In this document: piece by piece, positions 55,101 through 61,766 of the stretch
Position numbering within the stretch: position 1 is the stretch's first letter
How the letters are laid out: each line of letters starts with the position of its first letter
DNA from: Bryobacter sp.
GTDB lineage: Bacteria > Acidobacteriota > Terriglobia > Bryobacterales > Bryobacteraceae
Assembly: GCA_022843605.1 (NCBI GenBank)
Contig: JALHNI010000009.1
Coordinates: 11,704-75,703, forward strand
Direction: 5' to 3'
DNA length: 64,000 nucleotides
The notes under the pieces: generated by a model
The model's database searches: none
Told to the model about the DNA's origin: nothing
What the model saw: only the letters and a program-made list of their open reading frames with translations
Translations under genes and position numbers: made by a program

Positions 55101-56349
55101 GGACGGGCGGGATAAGCTTGCCAGCCTTGCCTGGTACACGCCGGCCAACGCCATCATTCGTTCCTGGGTGTATAGCTACGATGCCGCCGGGCGGCGCACT
55201 GGAGCGATCCTGAACGACGGCAGTATCTCCTGGACTTACGATGCGCTCGGACGGCTGACGTCTGAGAACATCGTGAGCACCCTCTGGGGTACGCACAGCG
55301 GCGCGTGGAGTTACGATGCGGTGGGGAATCGTCTGGATACGGGTTCGACCTTTGGCGCGGATCACCGTCTGACCTCCTTTGGAGGTGACGCGGTCTCCTC
55401 GGACGCGGCCGGCAACATTACGCGCAGCGTCACTTACAACCTGACCTACGATGTCCGCAATCGCTTGCTCAGCACGCCCTTCAACGGCGCCCGCTACAAC
55501 GGCTTAGGCCAACGCGATCAACTTACGGGCACTTCGGCGAGGAGCTACGTGTACGATGGCGACAATCTTGTCCATATCTTTACCGCGTCCGCGTTGGCGC
55601 ATCGCTACACCTTCGGTCTCCAGACCGATGAGATCCTGTTCGCGCGCAACGACGGAGCTAGCCGCTTCTATGTGACCGACGAGCAAGGCTCAGTCTTCGC
55701 GGTGACCGATGAGAGCGGAGGGCTTTTGCAGTCTTACGGCTACAACGCCTGGGGCGAGCGAATTCGCTTCGTGAGCGTTACTCAGGGTGGCCTCGGCAAC
55801 ATTAACTACAACCCTTTCCAGTTCCAAGGTAAGGAAATTTTGGCCTTCGCCGACACCTACTACTTCCGGGCCCGGGACTATAGCCCGTTGACCGGACGCT
55901 TCTTTCAGAAGGATCCGGCTCGCGGCTCGACCTTTCTTCCCGCCTCCCGGCATCCGTATCAGTTCGCGCTGAACCGGCCGACGCAATTTGTTGACCCCAG
56001 CGGCCGCACCGCGTCGCAGTACGCAATCATGGTGAAGGAGAACAAGGCGTCGGAGGGAGCCGGGATGATTATTGGCTTCACCAACGTTTTCGCCGGTACG
56101 AACCTCGGCTTCCTGGGCAACTTCCTGGACCGGCGGCTGCAGTATCCGTCGGAAAGCGTTTCGGCCAGCGCACAAGGGGCCCTCACGGCAGTCGCCGCAG
56201 ACATGGAGACGGTGCTGGAAGAGTTCGAGTCCTGGTTCACCGAGGATGGCGCCAGCATTGCCAATGGGTTGGCGTCGGGCGCGAGTTATGGCGTCCCCGC
56301 GGCAACTTACTGGATTAACTATGCCGTCCTGGGGATCCCGCCGTTCTGA
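49174..56349 (+). CDS. Giant secreted RHS/YD-repeat protein with CARDB, FG-GAP/VCBS propeller, FN3 and Ig-like (He_PIG/cadherin-like) modules
   Basis: Sec-type signal 'MKRVLIVTASLLMSWSVF'. CARDB-like 'DLTVESIS...SNEGNN'. About eight 'DxDGDGxxE(I/V)V' FG-GAP repeats. Four tandem 'ASDPDAGD' Ig-like modules. Many YD repeats such as 'YAYDAQGRL' and 'YTYDAGGKI'. RHS core ending 'YYFRARDYSPLTGRFFQKDP...NRPTQFVDPSGR'. Confidence 0.85.
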   Translation: MKRVLIVTASLLMSWSVFEGQGSPDLTVESISTTSLTTNTQTLVVGGSIQPVIRNLGGGASAAFTVQVFEDRNANQVYDAGTDVNLGSAAVPSLSAGASASPAIPVSGTLLFAGNILYVRADSANVVTESNEGNNTRHTGQAYTFQFSGGLNPVVLWDRASFTLAPTSRRVTNPIAVGDLDGDGFPEVVITTFVTSITADGTLRVLDGRDGSEKMTIVDPALALRPTAGIALGDIDLDGRAEIVTMDESCQVIVFEHDGTLKWRGAVSVATAARCYGSPTLADLNRDGSPEIVAGRRVYSNTGTLLWTGTAQNGGPWGPLSVAADIDGSGDLEVVAGPTAYDSNGNIRYNRTSTYSEGYPAVANLDADPQAEIIFKPRSGNALVVLEHDGTTKWEAPWNETGGGPPTVGNFDSDPEPEIGVASSVNFRVYEANGTLKWSNTIIDSSSGITSATLFDFDNDGITEVVFADQEYIYIWRGTDGAELFRAARVSNTAIDMPVVADVDGDGHADIIAPRSGISAGEQGIVVYRGAGLNWANTRRLWNQSAYSITNVLDDLRIPQTFTPNWLVPGLNNFRLNTFLPGQGVAPNSVGDLTISYLRRDDRDFPGKTVLTARIGNGGAVVIPPGGVRFTAGAGGPVICTTQGNGLLQPGQFQDVSCDYLSPVPGAQNIVAQVDFANAIPEGDENNNTAGANLVIGLGPAQSVNELTVRSRDAAIDVKWTPVPGAVSYNIYRRAGTAPYALHRAAYVNALGAFADTGLTNNTVYWYNVRWLNATGVESPLGTEASATPIPRTQRGDTAPTITSLPVTQGRTGLLYRYQLIASDPDAGDTKTFELSAPPTGMTVGAASGLIEWTPLPGQAGAHRIAASVRDSRNRVTSQTFEIFVETQVVNSPPVILSTALTFAMVGKPYAYTVRASDPDAGDLLSFTRLAGPAGLSVHSSTGAVIWLPAINQLGSHAVSVRVQDLAGLSQTQTYQIQVTNPNRQPTISSTPPLSGLVGAVYSYLPVASDPDAGDVLSWSLINGPVGASVHANTGALQFTPAAAGQYAFTIEVMDLLGAFQRQSFTVNVSASVNNPPVITSVAPLVAEPGQSYFYQAAATDAEGDLVQFGLVSGPSGMQVTPAGAVLWSVPSNATGSQAVTIRAADPFGGTALQNFTIQIAPVDNTPPVLSIVSPALNATVSGDVAVSGTVTDPNLLNWWLEYQISGGTQWFLLNQGTTNVSNGVLGTFPGTLLANNPYVLRLTAFDRRQGANVQSFVRVGGDAVKLGAFTLDYTDLRLPALMMPIEVKRHYDSRKPYWNDFGQGWALGFSEIDLRIDGNYNAYVTLPNGREAVFAFTPVQPSPLFPALENRYTAPGGVDDKLENLDCPGFLGAGQTFACLGGDTPFQQYNPKRWRLTTKDGLQLTIVNAVITRIEDRNGNWVQIAPAGISASNGRNVQFTRDGAGRITQIADARGNRQTYAYDAQGRLIQHLDPQNQGTSFEYAGVTHLVSRIINAGGCQAVRQEFDAGGRLTARVDSAGRRTEYSYDLGARRLTKLLPGPITTVETYDAAGNVLSFTNGEGQTLQFSYDLNGRRVLTTMPSGRRIARTYDANGNPLTEEDGPNGGPYLVTSYQWTAENLLSRLTRPNGEYQTFEYNAQGNLLRSQVFSAGGVLAEERTFTYDVRGRLLTENSERGIYQYSYDVSGNLIRIADGASRAQNFAYDSTGNIVTAFNGMGQRFDRTWDAYGLPGNALAGGGIHRTQTWNIFGKPASTGNGLGHNFLFGYNCSGDLTQVTDPLGGATQYDRNGLGREVEMRDALNRATSYAYDRNGLLTTRTSPAGDAALQSFNADGQLSIFNHGLGPVAIAYDGYGRKASELSADRSDTFAHDARGRVSSIVSTGNAAGTMTFVRNAANKLVSVTDRFNRTLGYTYDNLGRRATMTAADGTVTTYTYDAGGKISRIATGTDWAEYSYDASGRRTGLLYSNGVRAAYSWDGRDKLASLAWYTPANAIIRSWVYSYDAAGRRTGAILNDGSISWTYDALGRLTSENIVSTLWGTHSGAWSYDAVGNRLDTGSTFGADHRLTSFGGDAVSSDAAGNITRSVTYNLTYDVRNRLLSTPFNGARYNGLGQRDQLTGTSARSYVYDGDNLVHIFTASALAHRYTFGLQTDEILFARNDGASRFYVTDEQGSVFAVTDESGGLLQSYGYNAWGERIRFVSVTQGGLGNINYNPFQFQGKEILAFADTYYFRARDYSPLTGRFFQKDPARGSTFLPASRHPYQFALNRPTQFVDPSGRTASQYAIMVKENKASEGAGMIIGFTNVFAGTNLGFLGNFLDRRLQYPSESVSASAQGALTAVAADMETVLEEFESWFTEDGASIANGLASGASYGVPAATYWINYAVLGIPPF
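56008..56346 (+). other. 113-aa C-terminal tip of the RHS protein downstream of the DPSGR boundary (unassigned cargo/toxin domain)
   Basis: Sequence 'TASQYAIMVKENKASEGAGMIIGFTNVFAGTNLGFLGNFLDRRLQ...YWINYAVLGIPPF'. It is Gly/Ala-rich with hydrophobic stretches, and I recognise no nuclease, deaminase or ADP-ribosyltransferase motif. Confidence 0.5.
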
Positions 56350-56389
56350 CGGACGGCGGGATTCCTGGAGAGCGAGTTACAATCGCCAG

Positions 56390-57679
56390 ATGAACAAGCG
56401 ATCCCTCCTGGTGCTGTGTTGTCTGGCGTTGCCGGTGGCGATCTTCGCTCAACCTCAGACGCCGAAGGTGATCGTCATCTCGCTCGATGGTTTTCCGGCC
56501 TTCGCCCTGGACGATCCCAAGCTGCCGATTCCTACGTTGCGCCGCCTGATGGCCAACGGCGTGAGTGGGCCGATGTCCACCGTCAATCCCACGGTGACTT
56601 GGCCCAATCACACGACGATGGTCACGGGAGTCCGGGCCGACGAGCACGGGCTGCTGGCCAATGGTTCCATCGTCCGGACGGGGGCTTGGCCGCCGATCAA
56701 AGTCGACCCGATGGTGAGCAAGTTGAGGATGGTGCGCGCCCCGACGGTTTACGACGCCGCGCATCGGGCTGGACTCACCACCGCGCAGGTGGATTGGGTG
56801 GCGATTAACGACGCGCCCACGATCACCTGGGCCTTTCGCGAATGGGCCTCCGCGGATGGGCCGCTCGAAAAAGAGATGCTGGCCAAGGGAGCCATCACGG
56901 CGGCGGAACTCGACAACTTTTCCAAGTCCAACATTCTCTTCCGTGACCAGATCTGGACGAAGGCTGGATCTTATTTGATCAAGACCCACCAGCCGGACCT
57001 GCTCCTATTCCATCTCCTCTCGCTCGACTCCGAGCATCACCAATACGGCCCCAATACGCTGGCCGGACGGACGGCGATGGCTTTTCTGGATAGCTGTGTG
57101 GAGAAACTGGTGATGGCGGTTCGGGAGGCCGGTCTTGAAGGGCGAACCACTTTCATCATCGTTTCGGACCATGGATTCAAGGCGTACACGAAGCAGATCC
57201 GGGCGACGGTGGCCCTGGATGCGGCGGGTTTGGGCGGCAAGGCCTTTGTGCTGCCTGAAGGCGGCACGGCCTTCGTCTACCTTGATGACGTTCAATTGCT
57301 GTCCAAAGTCCGGCAGGCGCTCGATGGCGTGGAAGGTATCGAGAAGATCTATGGCGTTGAGGAGTATTCCGCGCTGGGACTGCCTCATCCCGATCGAGAT
57401 CCGCAGTTCGGACATCTGCTGCTGGCCGCCAGAACCGGCTATTCGTTTTCCGGCGCAACCGGCGGTCCGGTTACGGCGGCGGTGCCGCAGGTGGGGGGGA
57501 GCCACGGCTATCTGGCCAGTGATCCGGACATGAATGCAATCTTGATTGTGAGTGGCCGGGGCGTCACGGCGCGCGGTAAACTGCCCCTCCAGTCGAACCT
57601 GGACTTGGCGCCCACGATTGCGAATTTACTGGGTGTCGCCTTGCCTTCGGCCAAGGGTAAACCTTTACCGTTGCGTTAG
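56390..57679 (+). CDS. Secreted nucleotide pyrophosphatase/phosphodiesterase (alkaline-phosphatase superfamily, type I phosphodiesterase)
   Basis: Signal peptide 'MNKRSLLVLCCLALPVAIFAQ', 'VIVISLDGFPAF', 'VNPTVTWPNHTTMVTGVRADEHGLLANG', 'VSDHGF' and 'GSHGY'. Start moved to ATG 56390. Confidence 0.8.
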   Translation: MNKRSLLVLCCLALPVAIFAQPQTPKVIVISLDGFPAFALDDPKLPIPTLRRLMANGVSGPMSTVNPTVTWPNHTTMVTGVRADEHGLLANGSIVRTGAWPPIKVDPMVSKLRMVRAPTVYDAAHRAGLTTAQVDWVAINDAPTITWAFREWASADGPLEKEMLAKGAITAAELDNFSKSNILFRDQIWTKAGSYLIKTHQPDLLLFHLLSLDSEHHQYGPNTLAGRTAMAFLDSCVEKLVMAVREAGLEGRTTFIIVSDHGFKAYTKQIRATVALDAAGLGGKAFVLPEGGTAFVYLDDVQLLSKVRQALDGVEGIEKIYGVEEYSALGLPHPDRDPQFGHLLLAARTGYSFSGATGGPVTAAVPQVGGSHGYLASDPDMNAILIVSGRGVTARGKLPLQSNLDLAPTIANLLGVALPSAKGKPLPLR

Positions 57680-58908
57680 GACGAGGTTCGCGAGAACAGG
57701 CTCAGAAGACCGCCCCAGGAAGATGAGGTCGAGCTCTTTTTCGTGGTTTCCGGGTCTTTTTGTTCGAGCTTCTCACCCAACTGCACCATGGCTTTACCGA
57801 GGGCGCTGCCCACGGGGATGGGTTTGCCATCAATCAGCGCCCGCTGGACGGCGTCGTAATCGCTCGGGAGGACGTGGAAAACTTCCTCATGCAGCGCCGT
57901 TTCGATCACTTCTTTGCTGAGGCCGACGTCGCGGTTGTAACGGTTGACGACTAGGCGGATCTTCGAACGGTCGATTCGGTTCTGGTCCAGGTACGAGAGC
58001 GCCCGCTGTGAGGCTTGCAGGGCCGGCAGTTCGTTGGTGGTTACCAGCAGCAACTCGTCGCACATCTTCGCCAGCGCCAGGTTCCAGGCGCCGTATACGC
58101 CTGCCGTATCGAGCACGACAAGGTCGTACATCGTGCGCATAAAGTCCACGATCAGCGTAGGGTCCTGCTGGTCGCTGCCGGAGGCGTCGGCCGAATTCTC
58201 CGGGCTCATCAGGACATCGAGGCCGCTGGTTTGTGTCACCAACGACTTCCACATGGCTGGGTCCAATTCGCGGGCGTGGTGCAGGGCGTCGGTGAAGCTG
58301 TAGTTCGGTTTCAACTTCAAGATAAAGGACAGTGTGCCGGTGAATTGATCCAGGTCGCCGAGCAGGAGCTTTTTGGAGGTCTGCCGTTTGAACTGGAAGG
58401 CCAGATTGCTGGCGACGGTGGTGGCGCCGCAGGCTCCCTTGGCCGGCATCAGGCAGTAGACGCGAGACTGAGACCCGTCTCCCTTTCCCGCCGTGAGCTT
58501 TTTGTTAATCCGCTCCACCATCTGGTTGAACTGATCGTTGGTGAACGGCTGGATGAGGAATTCCGCGGCGCCCTGACGGACCCAGCGCAGAATCGTTTCA
58601 GGATCGTTTCCCGGCAGCAGGGCCACAACCGGCAGCTTTGCGTTGGCGGCGGCCAGCAACTCCACCATGGTGCCCAGGGCGCGTTCGCCATCCGTGCCGA
58701 CGTCGAGGAAGCAAACTGTTGGAGAGTGCGTCGTCAACATCTCGGCCAAGGCGTGGGCGGGTGGGTAGGTGGGTACCTGGAGTGCCGCCCCCTGAGGAAT
58801 CTCCCGACCAAGCCCTTCGACGAGTGCGGCCGACATCATCTGGTTCGGACAGATGATTAATGATTTCCAACTTGCCCCGGCGATCATCGGCCTACTTTCG
58901 TGCTCCAC
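57676..58908 (-). CDS. CpaE/TadZ-like protein: receiver-like N-terminal domain + MinD/ParA-type ATPase
   Basis: Receiver-like N-terminus ('TVCFLDVG', 'LPVVALL', 'GAAEFLIQP') and a deviant Walker A 'MPAKGACGATTVASNLA', as in TadZ/CpaE-type ATPases. Confidence 0.65.
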   Translation of the reverse strand: MEHESRPMIAGASWKSLIICPNQMMSAALVEGLGREIPQGAALQVPTYPPAHALAEMLTTHSPTVCFLDVGTDGERALGTMVELLAAANAKLPVVALLPGNDPETILRWVRQGAAEFLIQPFTNDQFNQMVERINKKLTAGKGDGSQSRVYCLMPAKGACGATTVASNLAFQFKRQTSKKLLLGDLDQFTGTLSFILKLKPNYSFTDALHHARELDPAMWKSLVTQTSGLDVLMSPENSADASGSDQQDPTLIVDFMRTMYDLVVLDTAGVYGAWNLALAKMCDELLLVTTNELPALQASQRALSYLDQNRIDRSKIRLVVNRYNRDVGLSKEVIETALHEEVFHVLPSDYDAVQRALIDGKPIPVGSALGKAMVQLGEKLEQKDPETTKKSSTSSSWGGLLSLFSRTSS

Positions 58909-59205
58909 AAACCGAGTCTCATCACCATTGGTGTCCTTAAACTCCGCGCTCTCTTGTTCTGGGTATGGATCGGCTTAGTGGCGAGGAAACTTAAGACAGT
59001 ACGTTCAACGACTTCGGGCTAAAGTTTCACCTTCGTCCGTCGATATACCTCACGTGGGGGACATACCCCGCCAGCGCAGGTGAGAGATACCCTCAAACCT
59101 ACGAGACCGAGTGGCCAAGACAATTCTATTGCTGTATGAAGTGGATCGGCTGATCGTCATCAACGCTGTAGACCAAAAATAAAACAAAGAAACGAACACA
59201 CGTAT

Positions 59206-60018
59206 ATGAACCACCCGAATTGGAATTCTCAACATATTTCTTCTTACGCGTTGGCGGCACCGCCGGCTGTCGGCATTCGTGCTTCCGAGCCTCCGGTCAA
59301 TGATGCGCGGTCGCTGGTTGGAGAGTCCTTGGCGCGGCTGTCGACTCCGACGCCGGATATTGCGGAACTGCTGGTGTGCGATTCTCAGCCGGTAACCGCC
59401 GCGGGTGTCCGGGCGCTGCTGGCCGAGGTGCCCCACCTGTTCGTTCTGCCGAACTGCGATTCGCTACAGGCCTGCCGGATAGCGGTTCGCGAGCAGCAAC
59501 CGAAGATCGTCATGCTGGATAAAGCACTCGGTATGCAAGCCGTGCTGGAGTGGATCACGGACCTTCGCCTCACTTATAGCCGAGATGGCCAACGTCCTGT
59601 TCCCGCGGTGATCGTATGGGGCGTTTCGATGACCGAGGCCGAGGCGCTGCGTTTCTTGCAGGCCGGCGCGCGAGGCATCGTCCGCAAGACAGCCAGTGCC
59701 GAGGTCCTGCTAGCCTGCCTGGAAGCCGTGGCGCAGGGCCGGAGTTGGATGGAGGATAGCGTTTTTCGCAACACCCCTACGCCCGAACGGTATCACCGCT
59801 CGGAACTCACCCCGCGCGAAACGCAGGTGATGGAACTCGTAGAGCAGGGCCTCAAGAATCGCGAAATCGCCCGCGAACTGGGCATCCGCCCGGGTACCGT
59901 AAAGATCCACCTGAAGCATATTTTCGAGAAGACCGGAGTGCGCGGCCGCTATGGCCTGGCACTCTCAGGGATGCGGGAAAAAGGCATTCTCGGCGCCGAC
60001 ACCATTGGTGATGATTAA
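59206..60018 (+). CDS. LuxR/NarL-type regulator with atypical receiver-like domain and ~55-aa N-terminal extension
   Basis: C-terminal helix-turn-helix 'LTPRETQVMELVEQGLKNREIARELGIRPGTVKIHLKHIFEKTGVRGR'. The receiver-like core has 'LLVCDSQP' in place of the usual acidic pair, while retaining 'IVMLDKAL'. Confidence 0.7.
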   Translation: MNHPNWNSQHISSYALAAPPAVGIRASEPPVNDARSLVGESLARLSTPTPDIAELLVCDSQPVTAAGVRALLAEVPHLFVLPNCDSLQACRIAVREQQPKIVMLDKALGMQAVLEWITDLRLTYSRDGQRPVPAVIVWGVSMTEAEALRFLQAGARGIVRKTASAEVLLACLEAVAQGRSWMEDSVFRNTPTPERYHRSELTPRETQVMELVEQGLKNREIARELGIRPGTVKIHLKHIFEKTGVRGRYGLALSGMREKGILGADTIGDD

Positions 60019-60053
60019 CCGGTTCCCGCAAATGGCCATGCTATTCTGAGGCC

Positions 60054-61766
60054 GTGCGCACCCCTTTCCCCGCGCTGGCCCGGCTAGCCTCTTTGTCCCT
60101 GTTGGTTTTCGGGCCGCTACCCGAAGCTCCGGCACAAAGTCAGACCCCGGCGACGCCGCTCGTCGACATTCTCGTGAGCGAGCTCGATCGCAATTTTGTG
60201 GCGCTCAAGGCCAAGGCTGACCCGCCTCCTTACTTCATCTCCTACTCGGTGACGGAGCAGGAGGCGGAGAGTGTCTCCGCGAGTCTGGGATCGCTGAACA
60301 ACAGCAATCGCAGCCGCCGCCGGTTCTTGGACGTGAGCGTCCGGGTCGGTTCACCTCAGCTCGACAACTACCGCCGTGTGCGGGGTGACTTGCCGCAGTT
60401 TACTTCGGGGGCCGCAATCACCTTGGACGACGCCCCGGACGCCATCAAACGCCGACTTTGGATGGAGACCGATCGCGTATATCGGATCGCTTCTCAGCGT
60501 CTGTTGAACGTCAAGACGAATCAGCAGGTGCAGGTTGAGGTGAAGGACGACGCTGGCGATTTCAGCGCTGCCGAGAAGTCGGTAGCCGTATTTCCAGTTC
60601 CGGTGCCGAAGTTTAAGACTGAAGAATGGCAGGCCAAGCTAAGGAAGTGGTCGGCCGAGTTTGGGAATAAGCCGGGCATCCTTTCGTCTTCGATTACCGT
60701 GATTGCTCAGCGTGACATGAAGACCCTGGTGAATACGGAGGGAACCCGATTGCAGCATGGCCGGACCTTCGCGCGCCTGATCTTCGCTGTGCAGGCCAAG
60801 GCGGCCGACGGGATGGACCTCTCATCCAGTGAGATTCTCGACGCCGAGGTGGCCGACCGTCTGCCGGACGAGAAAACGGTGAAGGCGACAATGCTGAAGG
60901 TGGAGCGCGATTTGATTTCGCTGCTTCAAGCTCCGGTCGTTGAACCTTTCGTCGGTCCAGCGATCCTTTCGGGCCGTGCTTCGGGCGTTTTCTTCCACGA
61001 GATCTTCGGTCATCGGATTGAAGGCCACCGTCAGAAAGATGAGAGTGAGGGCCAGACGTTTGCCAAGAGTGTCGGTTCCAAAATCCTACCTGAGTTCCTG
61101 TCGGTTAATCTTGACCCTACGAAACGGTCACTGGATGGAACCGACCTGAACGGATGGTATGAATTCGACGATGAGGGCGTGAAGGCGCGTCCGGTCTCCG
61201 TCGTGGACAAGGGCATTCTGCGGAACTTCTTGCTTTCCCGTTCGCCGCTCACTGGCTTTGCCGGCTCGAACGGGCATGGCCGTCGTCAACCCGGCCGCGA
61301 AGTGGTTCCCCGCCAATCCAATTTGATCGTCACCTCGTCCAACAAGGTTTCGAATGACGAATTGCGCCGGTTGTTGCTGGCCGAAGTCAAAAAGCAGAAC
61401 AAGCCATATGGACTTTACTTTGAAAAGGTGGATTCTGGCTACACTACGACGGGCCGTCGTGGGCTGCAGGCTTTCACGGTGATTCCGCAAATCGTCTATC
61501 GGGTTTATGCCGATGGCCGTCCTGATGAATTGGTGCGCGGAGCTGACATTGTCGGCACTCCGTTGGCGGCCTTCAGCAAGATTGCCGCGACCTCCGACAA
61601 GACCGAGATCTTCAATGGGGTTTGCGGCGCGGAGTCCGGTAACGTGCCCGTTTCTGCCGCCTCGCCCGCGATCTTCGTCAGTGAAGTGGAGATCCAGAAG
61701 AAAGAGCGCTCTCAGGACCGGCCGCCGATCCTCTCGGCTCCTGTCCCCGCCGGAGGCCGCTCATGA
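60054..61766 (+). CDS. Signal-peptide-bearing TldD-type metallopeptidase (TldD/PmbA family)
   Basis: GTG start, signal-like 'LARLASLSLLVFGPLPEAPAQ', metal motif 'FFHEIFGHRIEGH', and a family-typical C-terminus 'CGAESGNVPVSAASPAIFVSEVEI'. Confidence 0.75.
   Translation: MRTPFPALARLASLSLLVFGPLPEAPAQSQTPATPLVDILVSELDRNFVALKAKADPPPYFISYSVTEQEAESVSASLGSLNNSNRSRRRFLDVSVRVGSPQLDNYRRVRGDLPQFTSGAAITLDDAPDAIKRRLWMETDRVYRIASQRLLNVKTNQQVQVEVKDDAGDFSAAEKSVAVFPVPVPKFKTEEWQAKLRKWSAEFGNKPGILSSSITVIAQRDMKTLVNTEGTRLQHGRTFARLIFAVQAKAADGMDLSSSEILDAEVADRLPDEKTVKATMLKVERDLISLLQAPVVEPFVGPAILSGRASGVFFHEIFGHRIEGHRQKDESEGQTFAKSVGSKILPEFLSVNLDPTKRSLDGTDLNGWYEFDDEGVKARPVSVVDKGILRNFLLSRSPLTGFAGSNGHGRRQPGREVVPRQSNLIVTSSNKVSNDELRRLLLAEVKKQNKPYGLYFEKVDSGYTTTGRRGLQAFTVIPQIVYRVYADGRPDELVRGADIVGTPLAAFSKIAATSDKTEIFNGVCGAESGNVPVSAASPAIFVSEVEIQKKERSQDRPPILSAPVPAGGRS

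Noticed and set aside
52702-55365. 887-aa minus-strand ORF antisense to the RHS repeat region
   Set aside because: The plus frame carries dozens of canonical YD repeats. The antisense translation is low-complexity (A/G/R/V-rich) without motifs, so I treat it as a GC artefact.
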